Below are positions 40,123 through 51,977 of a stretch of DNA of 64,000 nucleotides, one piece after another (position 1 is the first letter of the stretch; each line of letters starts with the position of its first letter). This stretch comes from Eledone cirrhosa. Its lineage: Eukaryota. The notes beneath the pieces are model-generated. The model was not told where the DNA came from. It did not search any database and saw only the letters and a program-made list of their open reading frames with translations. The position numbers were made by a program, and so were the translations under genes. Where the stretch lies: NCBI GenBank assembly GCA_964016885.1, contig OZ024740.1:168764001-168828000 (forward strand). The letters are read 5' to 3'.

Positions 40123-40175
40123 TCTACTTGGGGTAGGGTCTCTTCTTCCCATTATTATTATATATAAATGTGTAT

Positions 40176-40531
40176 TCTGGCGTCACACAGTAATACAGAG
40201 TACCCGACCTCCTATGGGTACAAGCTGAATCATATAGACAATATGCCCCCCCCCCCCCCCCCCACCCCACTGCAAGGTGGTTGTGGAGGTGCCACGGCAA
40301 AAAAACACCCAGCCCACACTGTAAAGTGGACGTGTAGGCGCCACGAAAAAGCACCCAGCACTCACTGTAAATGAGGTTGGTGTTAGGAAGGGCATCCGGC
40401 TGTAGAAATCAAGCCAAATCAGTTCCTGTATGAGCAAGGCATGGTCAGCCAACCAGACACTGCCCACAACAGGACAACCCGTCTAACCCATGCTAGCGTG
40501 GAAGAACGGACGTAAAACGGTGATGATGATG

Positions 40532-40533
<2 letters not shown>
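40176..40533 (+). mobile_element. RTE 3' end, inverted relative to 38180-38515
   Basis: Near-exact reverse complement of 38180-38515. Confidence 0.88.
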
Positions 40534-40580
<47 letters not shown>

Positions 40581-40704
40581 TTATAATAATATATACACAC
40601 ACACATATATATATATATATGTGTGTATATATATATATATGTGTGTACATATATATATATATGTATATATATATATATGTATATATGTATATATATATAT
40701 ATAT

Positions 40705-41290
40705 ACACCTCTCCAAGACAATGTCACTGGACCGAGACCTTTGGCGGTACTCAGTAATAGAGAAGACCCGCCTTACCTAAATACAAAGTAAAAACCTACT
40801 ACAGTCAGTAGGCACCTCTATCAAAACACACCCCCGTCCCACCACCTCCACCCCACCCACACTGCCCCTTTCAATGTAAAGTTATGTTGGTCCCACAACA
40901 TCCAGGCCGAAACAAATGAGATCGTGTAGGTGTCACGACAAAAAACACACAGTCCACGCTGTAAATGTGGCCGTGTAGGCAACACGGTAAAAACCTCCCA
41001 GCCCCACACTGTAAATGTGGTTGGTGTTAGGAAGGGCATCCAGCTGTAGAAAACCCGCCAGACAGTCCACGCTGTAATGTGGCCGTGTAGGCAACACGGT
41101 AAAAACCTCCCAGCCCCACACTGTAAATGTGGTTGGTGTTAGGAAGGGCATCCAACTGTAGAAAACCCGCCAGACAGTCCTATGCGAGCAAGACAACCAC
41201 TCTTGCCTCAAGTGGGAAAACCCCCGTCCAAACCCATGCAAGCGTGGAACACGGACGCTAAACCTGATGATGATGATGATGATGATGATA
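40705..41290 (+). mobile_element. RTE 3' fragment with ~110-bp internal tandem duplication
   Basis: cagtccacgctgtaa...aaaacccgccaga occurs twice (~40950 and ~41063); (GAT)n tail. Confidence 0.85.
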
Positions 41291-41300
41291 TGTATATATG

Positions 41301-41331
<31 letters not shown>

Positions 41332-41591
41332 GTATATATATATGTGTATACATATATATATGTATATATATATATATATATCATCATCATCATCGTTTAA
41401 CGTCCATCTTCCACGCTTGCATGGGTTTGGATGGGAGTTTTCCCACTTGAGGCAAGATTTGTTGTCCTGCTCGCATAGGACTGTCTGGCGGGTTTTCTAT
41501 GGCTGGATGACCTTCCTAACACCAACCACGTTATATATATGTATATATATATATATATATGTATGTATATATATATATATATGTATGTATA

Positions 41592-41626
<35 letters not shown>

Positions 41627-41735
41627 ATATATATGTATGTATAAGTATATATATATATGTGTGTGTATATATATATGTATGTATAAGTATATATATATGT
41701 GTGTATGCATAAGCATATATATATATATATGTATG

Positions 41736-41772
<37 letters not shown>

Positions 41773-42038
41773 GTATATATATATGTATATATATATATAC
41801 ATGTATATATATATGTATATATATATATACATGTATATATATATGTATATATATATATGTATATATATATGTATATAAGGGAGAGAATTGGGAGTGTGTA
41901 ACACTCCACTTATCAAATAGGCAGTATATGGTTAGCTCAATGTCAGAGGACAGAATGTATGTATATATATGTATATATATATATATGTATGTATGCATAT
42001 ATATGTATATACATATATATACATACATATATATATAC

Positions 42039-42071
<33 letters not shown>

Positions 42072-42078
42072 CATATAT

Positions 42079-42158
<80 letters not shown>

Positions 42159-42217
42159 GTATATATATATGTATGTGTATATATATATATATGTATATAT
42201 ATATATGTATATATATA

Positions 42218-43000
42218 ACAGCAATGTTACATGGCAGTGAGACTTGGGCATTGTGTGCAGAGGATATACGCAGACTGGAGAGGAACGAAGGTTGCATGCT
42301 CTGCTGGATGTGTAATAGTAATATACGTGAACGGCAAAGCATAAATGAACTAAGGGAGATATTAGGTAATAAGAGGAATCAGAAGTTGTTTACTCGAGAG
42401 AAGACTACGTTGGTATGATCACGTGATGCGCATGAAAGACGACAGCTGTATAAAAATGTGCAGGGCGATAAAAATAGACGGTAGCCACAGAGTAGGCAGA
42501 CCCAGAAAAACCTGGGACGACTTGATAAATTCCGACCTCACACACACCTCTCCAAGACAATGTCACTGGACCAAGATCTTTGGCGCTACACAGTAATACA
42601 GAAGACCTGCCTTGCCTAAGTACAAAGTGAAACCTACTACAGTCAGTAGGCACCTCTAACAATAATACACCCCGCCACACCATCCCCACCCCATCCACAC
42701 CACCCATTTCGATGTAAAGTTATGTTGGTACCACAACATCCAGTCCGAAATAAATGGGGTCGTGTAGGTGTCATAAAAAAAAAACACAGTCCACGCTGTC
42801 ATGTGGCCGTGTAGGTAACACGGTAAAAACCTCCCAGTCCACACTATAAACGTGGTTGGTGTTAGGAAGGGCATCCAGCCGTAGAAAACCCGCCAGACAG
42901 TCTTATACGAGCAAGAGAACCAATATTGCCTGAAGTGGGAAAACTACCGTCCAAACCCATGCAAGCATGGAAGATGGACGTTAAACGATGATGATGATGA
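42218..43000 (+). mobile_element. RTE 3' fragment
   Basis: [24 protein letters not shown] through 3'UTR and (GAT)n. Confidence 0.9.
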
Positions 43001-43012
43001 TATATGTATCTA

Positions 43013-43350
43013 GGAGGCACATGGCTTGGTGGTTAGAGCATTGGCCTTGCAATCGAAAAGTTGTGAGTTCAATTCTCAGACCATGTGATGTGTTGTTTCC
43101 TTGAGCAAGACAGTTTATTTTACATTGCTCCAGTTTACTCAGCTGTAGAAATGAAATGATAGGACTGAGGTCCCTATCATTCCACTGTAAAGTGGTCGTG
43201 GAGGTGCCACGGCAAAAAAACACCCAGCACTCACTGTAAATGAGGTTGGTGTTAGGAAGGGCATCCAGCTGTAGAAATCAAGCCAGAATCAGTTTCCGTC
43301 CCACCCTTGCAAGCAGGGAAAAGCGGACATAAAATCAAATGAAATGAATG
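43013..43350 (+). mobile_element. tRNA-SINE family A
   Basis: Near-identical to 15912-16245. Confidence 0.9.
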
Positions 43351-43366
43351 AATGATATGTATATAT

Positions 43367-43434
<68 letters not shown>

Positions 43435-43442
43435 GTATATAT

Positions 43443-43476
<34 letters not shown>

Positions 43477-43685
43477 ATATAAGTATACATATACATATAT
43501 ATATATATATATGTATTTATATGTATGTATATATATGTATATATATATATATGTGTATGTATAAGTATATATATATGTGTATGCGTAAGTATATATATAT
43601 GTATGTATATATATATATATGTATATATATATATGTATATGTATATATATATGTGTATATATATGTATATATATGTATGTATATA

Positions 43686-43762
<77 letters not shown>

Positions 43763-43884
43763 GTATATATATTTATATATATATATGTATATATATATAT
43801 ATGTATATGTATATATATATGTGTATATATATGTATATATATGTATGTATATATATATGTATATATATATGTACATATATGGAT

Positions 43885-44513
43885 GTATAAGAGGGATCAA
43901 ATGCTGTTCACTCGAGAGAAGATTACATTGGTACGTTCACGTGATGCGCATGAAGGCGACAGCTGTGTAAAAAAGTGCAGGGCAATCAAATTTGAGGGAA
44001 GTTACGGAGTAGGTAAACCCAGAAAAACCTGGGACGACATGATAAAGTCCGACCTTGCACACTTGCACCTCTCTAAGACAATGTCACTGGATTGAGATCT
44101 TTGGCGCTATGCAGTATTACAGAAGACCCACCTTCCCTACATTCAAAGTTAACCTACAGTAAGTAGGCCCCTTCAAACCAAACACACCCCAACCCACTAC
44201 TCCACTCCCGCCAACACCACCCTTTCTCCATAAAGTTATGTTTGTAACAACATCCAGTCCAAACTAATGAGATCGTGTACGTGTCACAACAAAAAAAACA
44301 CACAGTCCACGCTGTAATGTGACCGTGTAGTAAAAAGCTCCCAGTCCATACTGTAAATGTGGTTGGTGTTAGGAAGGGCATCCAGCTGTAGAAAACCTGC
44401 CAGATGCTCCTATACGAGTGAGACACGGTCAACCGACCAATCTTGCCTCAGGTGGGACAATTCCCGTCTATCCCATGCTAGTGTGGAAGATAGACGTTAA
44501 ACGATGATGATGA
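43885..44513 (+). mobile_element. RTE 3' fragment
   Basis: IRGIKCC..ERRLHWY, GKPRKTW, 3'UTR, (GAT)n. Confidence 0.88.
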
Positions 44514-44671
44514 TGTATGTATATATATATGTATATATATATATATATGTATATATATGTATGTATATATATGTATATATATATATATGTATATATATAT
44601 GTATGTATATATATGTATATTTATATATATATGTATATATATATATATGTATATATGTATGTATATATATA

Positions 44672-44886
44672 TGTTCCGAGGCCATAGTATCTAGAATAAG
44701 GACGGGTTGGAAGAAGTTTAGGGAGCTGCTTCCTCTGTTGACAAAGAAGGGTTTCTCTCTGTGTACGAAAGGACGGTTATATGATGCCTGTGTGAGATGC
44801 GCGATGCTGCATGGTAGTGAGACATGGGCAGCAATTGCAGAGGATATGCGACGGCTGGAGAGAAATGAAGCAAGTATGCTCTGTTA
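44672..44886 (+). mobile_element. Internal RTE fragment between microsatellite tracts
   Basis: [23 protein letters not shown]...LHGSETW...ERNEASML; no 3' end. Confidence 0.85.
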
Positions 44887-45030
44887 CATATATATGTGTG
44901 TGTGTGTGTGTACATGTATGTAAACGTAAACAGAAATAAGAACACAATCAGTACAGTATATGGAAGGAATATATTAGATTAACACTTGAAATAGCAGGAA
45001 GAGGGTCATATATTTATATATATATATATA

Positions 45031-45372
45031 TGGAGGCACATGGCTTAGTGGTTAGAGCATTGGCCTTGCAATCGAAAGGTTGTGAGTTCAATTCTCAGAC
45101 CGGGTGATGTGTTGTTTCCTTGAGCAAGACACTTTATTTCACATTGCTCCAGTTTACTCAGCTGTAGAAATGAGATGATAGGGACTGGGGTCCATATTAT
45201 TCCACTGCAAAGTGGTCGTGGAGATGCCATGGCATAAAAAAAGCACCCAGTACTCACTGTAAATGGGGTTGGTGTTAGGAGAGGCATCCAGCTGTATAAA
45301 TCAAGCCAGAATCAGTTCCCGTCCCACCCTTGCAAGCAGGGAAAAGCGGACGTAAAATGATGATGATGATGA
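45031..45372 (+). mobile_element. tRNA-SINE family A
   Basis: Near-identical to 15912-16245; (GAT)n tail. Confidence 0.9.
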
Positions 45373-46324
45373 ACTACATATATATATATCTGTAGTTCAA
45401 GGAAACAACAAACAGATGTACAATAAGTCTAATCAATGCAAACATAGATAAATTAACATCAAAACAATGATGATAAAGCTATTATCATCAGTTTTACATC
45501 TGTTTTTCCATGCTCTCATGAACTAGAGGAGGCATTTTGAGGCAGAATTCTATGGCCAGAAGCCCTTCCTGGCATAAACCTTCACTAGTGATTTGCATGT
45601 CTAACTTGTAAAACTGTTTGTATAAAACATAACAAATATCACTGCTTCTGATGTGAAATGTGAAGAGAAGAAACAAACAAATACACAGACACACATATAT
45701 AATATATATTTTTATTGGAAGATTTTAAGTTAGAATTCCTCAGTTTCATCTCGGTAAAGAATCTTTTAACTCTGTCTGATGATGAGCTGCAGAGATAATT
45801 CTCTTTGTGATAATCAGTAATACAAATATGTGAATAGTGTGTGTGTGTGTGTTTTTGTATTTATATTTTATTTGTATATATACTAGCAGAAATATTGCCC
45901 TTCAGGTGGTTTTCTGCTGATACATACATATGTGTGTATATTTTTCATCATGCATCTCTGTCAATATATACAAATGTATGAAAAGGGAAAAACTTATATT
46001 CCAATCATGCAGATGCTCTGAACATGTACTGATACATTTTTTCTTGTGGTTTATATAATTTATCTACATACATATACATATATATTGACACACATATGCA
46101 TATATATATATATATGTGTGTGTGTGCAGTGTATAATGTTTATATATATAATATATACATGTGTAATAGGCACTGTGTGGTTAAGAAATATGCTTTACAA
46201 CCATCTGGTTTCTGATTCTGTCCCAACGCATGACACCTTGTTCTAATATAGCCTCAGGTCAACCAATACCTTATGAGTGAATTTGCCTGACGTAAACTAC
46301 AAGGAAGTCAATCCCATATACGTA

Positions 46325-47045
46325 TATCATCGTCATTGTTTTTACATCCATTTTCCCACTCTTGCAGGGGTTGGATGTGCCCTTCTCAGCACAGCATCTC
46401 TCCACATGTCACAATCCTTTGTCATCGGCTTTGTGAGTCTCAGTGATTTGAGGTCATCTCTCTCAACCTCTGCCCAGGTCTTTCTTTGTTTACCTCTACT
46501 GTAACTTCCTTCCTTCCACTGGCATTTCCTGGCTCTTCTTCATCCAGTGATCATTGTCCATGTGCTTCACATGTCCAAATCAATGTAGTCTTCTCTCCTG
46601 CACGCTACCTCGTATTCCTCTTAAACCCAGTTTCTCCTTCAACTCGTCCAAGCTTTGCCTTTCTCTCTCACTTACATTGCACATCCAACAGAGCATGATT
46701 GCTTAATTTCTCTCCAGTTACAGCCCATGTTTTGCTACCATGCAGCATTGCACTTCACACATAGGCAAATTACAGCCATCTTTTTGTACGTAAGGATAAA
46801 TCTTTTGTGGTCAATAGTGGGAGTAGCTCACCAAACTTTTTTCATCCTATCCTTATTCTAACTATTATGCTCTCAGAGCACTTTCCCCCATTGCTAATTA
46901 CCTTGCCTAGATAGCAGAAGCTATCAACCACGTCTATGGGTCCTTCCTGTGACTGGAATAGGCTTACATTACTGGTTATCTTACCCTCAGTTACTTCTGT
47001 GCATCCTCTACAAACAAAATCTTCCCTTCCTATTAGCTTACTTGT
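46325..47045 (-). mobile_element. Older degraded RTE fragment
   Basis: VVDSFCYLG and RRLH.FGHV traces; similar to 63540-63918. Confidence 0.72.
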
Positions 47046-47054
47046 TATATATGA

Positions 47055-47724
47055 TAATGATAATGAAATTATTGTGTACAGTGCTCAGTTGCACTACAAC
47101 TCATCAAAGATGCATGTATGATACATAGAATAATATACAAATGTCAGGGAAGTGAATAGTGTATGAATCATGATATACATATGTGCATGTGTATGGAGGG
47201 GGAATATTAGGTGTAGTGTTGGTGAATCTCAGGAAGCATGGAGGTTTTAAGGGATGCAGTGTCTCGACAGCCAACAACTGATGCAGGTAGTTTGTTCCAT
47301 GCTGAACGTGAAAAAATGTTTCCGCAAGTCATGGGGACTGTGCTGTTTTCTGACTTTGTGGGCATGCCCACGTGTGTTAGACACATGGAAATCAAAAAGG
47401 TACCCAGGGTTGTTGTTGGCAATAATTTTGTGGGTGTTTACCAAGTCAGTTGCCAGACGTCGGAGCTTCAATGTATCCATGCCCAGGGAAGCAAGGCATT
47501 CAGAGTATGGTAGTTGCATGATGGAGGGTATTTGCTTGGTTGCACGCCTCTGAATAGTTTCCAGGCGGTCAATGTTCTGAGCCAGATAGGGGTTCCAGAC
47601 TGGCGATGCAAATTCTAAGTGTGGCCGCACCATAGCTATATACAGCCTTAAATAGATAGCTGGAGAGCGGCTGACAAAGGTCTTGCTGAGTGATGCTAAG
47701 ACACCCTCGGCCTTCGTGACAAGT
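47055..47724 (-). mobile_element. 5'-truncated CR1 LINE
   Basis: AEGVLASLSKTFVSRSP...VRPHLEFASPVWNP, same family as 7425-11290; 5' end abuts (TA)n. Confidence 0.9.
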
Positions 47725-48619
47725 ATATATATATATATACTAATCACCTAGTGCATTCTATAAAGTGGTTGGTATAAGAAAGGTGTCCAGCTATAGAAAG
47801 CTTGCCAAACAAAGGGTTGGGAGGACCCTTAAATTTGTGTCAAAGACGTGACAACCCTAACCACATTTACAGTATGAATTGGGTATGAAAATAACCAACT
47901 GACAAGTTGAACTGGGTACTTTTACATCAAGTCACCAGCATGACCATTTTACAGGGTGGACTGAGTGTTTTTTGTCATTTCACAAACATGACCATCAAAC
48001 AGGGTGGACTGGATGCTTATTTGTTGTGTGTCCAACATGATCATTTTATAGGGTGGACTGACAACTTTTAGCCATTTTAGCAACATTGTCGAAGAGCATG
48101 TCTGCCTTTCCATGCTTGTATGCATGACTTGGACAAGAGAGGTGTATCAGATGTGGAAAATTAGGGGGTTGTTGGTGTGGTGCATGTATGCAGGATGAGG
48201 ATTGGAGAGTTAGGTTGAAGGTAGAGTACTTAGCTGGTGAAGGGTAGAATTTTAAGATGTGGGAGGAGTATGAAAGAGGGAGGCAGAAAATTGGTTTATA
48301 CTATAGACCACTAGATGTTGCTTCATCCCATGCATATGGGAAGGTGGGTCTTCTGCAGTACTTCATAATGCCAGAGATCTCAGTTCTGTGCCATCCTCTT
48401 TGGTCCCACTTAAAACTAAAGCACTTTTTTTTTTTGCTTCTCAGGCGAAATACCCCTTTTGTACGCATAAAAAAACCCAGAGTATAAGGCATTGTTCTGG
48501 CATTTGTTATTTTATTTTATTGACATTAGTTTACATTATGTGTCACTGTTTTTATTCATTCTGAGTAGCTATACAAAGGAATATAAGCATATATGTGTGT
48601 GTATAATATATATATATAT

Positions 48620-49405
48620 ATCATCATCATCATCTTCGTTTAACGTCCATCTTCCATGTTAGCATGGGTTAGACGGGAGTTGTCCCACTTGAAGCAAGGT
48701 TGGTTGGGTGACTGTGTCTCGCTCATATAGGCCTATCTGGCAGCTTTTCTACGGCTGGATGCCCTTCCTAACACCAACCACATTTACAGTTTGGAACTGG
48801 GAACTTTTTACCGTGTTACCTACACGGCCACATTACAGCGTGGACTGTATGTTTTTTTGTCGTGGCACCCGCACAATCTCGGATCTCATTATCTCATTTA
48901 TTTGGACTGGATGTTGTGGTACCAACTTTAAAGAGAAAGGGTGGTGTTGGTGGGAGTAGGAGGATAGGTAGGGGTAGTGGATTGGGGTGTATATTTGGTT
49001 TAGAGGTGCCTACTGACTGTAGGTTTCGCTTTGTACATAGGCAAGGCGGGTCTTCTGTATTACTGTGTAGCACCAAAGATCTCGGTCCAGTGACATTGTC
49101 TTAGAGATGTGCAAGTGTGTAAGGTCGGACTTTATCAGATCGTCCCAGGTTTTTCTGGATCTACCTACTCCGTAACCACCATCAATTTTGATCGCCCTTC
49201 ACTTTTTTATACAGCTGTTGTCTTTCATGCCCATCACGTGGCCATACCAATGTAGTCTTCTCTCAAGTAAACAGCATCTGATCCCTCTTATTCCTAATTT
49301 CTCACTTAGTTCATTTATGCTTTGGCGTTCACGTATATTACTATTACACATCTAATGGAGCATGTATGATCATTCCTTTCCAGTCTGTGCAGGTCCTCTG
49401 CATGG
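48620..49405 (-). mobile_element. RTE 3' fragment
   Basis: Homologous to 24042-24800. Confidence 0.88.
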
Positions 49406-49540
49406 AATATATATATTTATTTCCAAATTAATAATATTCCTACCCTCATCACATCGTTATACTTACACACCACTATAACTTTAACTACGACTACTATTTT
49501 CAACAATCATATTATGTTCATATATATTTTTCATGTATAT

Positions 49541-50818
49541 TTCATTTCATTTCATTTCATTTGAGTTTGAGTCCATGCTCAGGCCAAGTCGAAGACTCCA
49601 CCCTCAGAGTCTGGTGTGGTTGCCAGGTTGGATTCTCTGTTTAATTTTGACATGTGTAGGAGCGAGTTTGAGTCAGTTTGTGCTCGTTGTGTATATCCTG
49701 GGAGATGGGGTTCATCTCTAATGGTGCTTAAGTATCTATCCAGCTGCAATTTGAATGATTCCACACTGCATCCTGATAGATTTCTGACATGTACCGGAAT
49801 GGAGTTGAATAGTTGTGCCCCTCGAACCAACAGACTTGACTCTCGCAGGGTTTTTGCTGCCTGGCCAGCCCTTTTGTTGATTGGTGGTAGCTGGCAGCGT
49901 CTTCCGTGGCGCAGTGAGTGGTAGGTTTTGATACCAAAGTTTGGCACCTTTTGCTCTATCATTTTCCAAATGTATATAATTCGGTATCGCTCAAATCTTC
50001 TTTCTATTGAGTACATCTTCAAGGTTTTGAGTCTTTGCCAATAGTCCAGGTCCCTCGTTTCTGAGAAGTATGAGGTAAAATTTCTTTGGAGCGATTCCAT
50101 CTTAGATAGTTGGCCCTTTGTTGTTGGTGACCACAACTGAGAACAGTAGTCAATCCTCGGAAGTACCATACTGTTCCAGAGGGTTTTGATTGTTGAGGTA
50201 TCTCTTGATTTGAAGGTGCGCAAGATCCACCCGCTGTACTTTCTTGCAGTAAGACAGACTGAGTCAAGGTGTTCTCTGAATTTTAGGCTGGTTCCCATGT
50301 GGATGCCTAAATCTTTCACACACTGTTGTCCTGATGGGTTTCTGTAGTTTGTTGTATTTTTCAGATCTTGATCTGTTCCGTAGCGAATTAGTTCAAACTT
50401 CTTATCATTGAACAACATGTTGTTTGTTTCCTGCCATTTGTATATGGTGGTTAGGTCCTTTTGTAAGGCCTCTGTATCCACCTCGTCTTTGATTTGTCTC
50501 ATGACCCTGGTGTCATCAGCAAAGGATGAGACATTGCTGGTTGTATCTTCATCTATGTCAGAGATGAGGATGAGAAACAGGATCGGGCCGAGTACTGTAC
50601 CCTGAGGAACACTGCTGGTCACAGGTGATGGTGTTGAATGGGTTCCATTCACAGTGACTGTTTGAGTTCTATTTGTAAGGAACTCATGTATCCATGTAAC
50701 AACTTTTCCTCCTACTCCTAGCTTTCGAAGTTTGTGTCCCAGGATGCCATGATCTACCTTGTCAAATGCCTTGGCAAAGTCGAGGTAAATAACATCTGTG
50801 TTGTATCCATTTCTCTAG
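49541..50818 (-). mobile_element. 5'-truncated CR1/L2-group LINE, a different family, with largely open RT frame
   Basis: DVIYLDFAKAFDKVDH, VPQGTVLGPILF, SFADDT, KDLG, PRIDYCSQLWSP; (ATGAA)n tail. Confidence 0.9.
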
Positions 50819-51096
50819 ATCCATGCTGATTGACACAACTTAGAGTGATTAGCAACCTTTAGACATCCTAATCAATGAAACAATTATTAATACTGTAAAT
50901 AAAACCCTTTTTGTACTGTTGACCATGTTATTCCTCACTCTTCCACTATATATATATGTATATATATATATATGTATATATAAGTTGTAATAAAATGAAA
51001 ACGAAATTTCATTTCTCACTCTTAGTACGGCACTTACTTAAATGTAAGTATGTATGTAAACGTACATACATATATGTATACAGACGTACAGTAGCA

Positions 51097-51132
<36 letters not shown>

Positions 51133-51283
51133 CAGGTACACATACATATATGCACGTATCAGTTTAGCGGACGCTTATTATAACGCCTGCTTTGTTCGTT
51201 TGTAAACAAACTGAACAGCCTGAATTTATGCCGTACGGTGTTAAGGCAACCACGTCACCTTTTTGTTCAACACTGACACAGGA

Positions 51284-51326
51284 ACGATGTACTAGTTTCA
51301 AGCTTGTTAGCTATCATCAGCACCGT
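51284..51326 (-). ncRNA. Minimal hammerhead ribozyme, inverted identical copy
   Basis: Exact reverse complement of 51674-51716. Confidence 0.78.
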
Positions 51327-51387
51327 ATACCCTTCTGCCAGATGGTTGAACGTTCGAAAGTATATACCATATATGTATGTGTACCTG

Positions 51388-51437
<50 letters not shown>

Positions 51438-51673
51438 TGCTACTGTACGTCTGTATACATATATATATGTACGTATACATACATACTTACATTTAAGTAA
51501 GTGCCGTACTAAGAGTGAGAAATGAAATTTCGTTTTCATTTTATTACAACTTATCGTTTTCGGTACGCCTGGCCGTCTGAACTCACTCGATATGCAAATT
51601 AGGCTGCTCAGCCGTTAATTTTCATAAGGAAAGTATATACTTTCGAACGTTCAACCATCTGGCAAAAGGGTAT

Positions 51674-51716
51674 ACGGTGCTGATGATAGCTAACAAGCTT
51701 GAAACTAGTACATCGT
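51674..51716 (+). ncRNA. Minimal hammerhead ribozyme (predicted)
   Basis: ACGGTG-CTGATGA-tAGCT(AACA)AGCTt-GAA-ACTAGT-A-CATCGT. Confidence 0.78.
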
Positions 51717-51855
51717 TCCTGTGTCAGTGTTGAACAAAAAGGTGACGTGGTTGCCTTAACACCGTACGGCATAAATTCAGGCTGTTCAGTTTGTTTACAA
51801 ACGAACAAAGCGGGCGTTATAATAAGCGTCCGCTAAACTGATACGTGCATATATG

Positions 51856-51891
<36 letters not shown>

Positions 51892-51977
51892 TGCTACTGT
51901 ACGTCTGTATACATATATGTATGTACGTATACATACATACTTACATTTATGTATATATATATATGTAAATATATATA

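Larger units (their letters stand above)
41289..44672. repeat. Complex (TA)n/(TATG)n microsatellite field interleaved with LINE/SINE fragments
   Basis: Tracts at 41289-41380, 41532-41877, 41956-42217, 43355-43880, 44514-44672. Confidence 0.95.
50982..51950. mobile_element. Compound inverted plus direct repeat element with two hammerheads (pLTR-like)
   Basis: A (50982-51150), B' (51150-51367), A' (51368-51553), unique (51554-51633), B (51634-51850), partial A' (51850-51950). Confidence 0.85.

Noticed and set aside
36696-44685. Many long YI/IY/VC-rich ORFs (e.g. 41559-42218, 43377-43970)
   Set aside because: Translations of (TA)n/(TG)n microsatellites, which lack stop codons; not genes.
47920-48065. 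Spaced repeats catgaccattttacagggtggactg resembling a CRISPR array
   Set aside because: Eukaryotic context, degenerate units, no cas genes; they resemble the repeated motif of RTE 3'UTRs.
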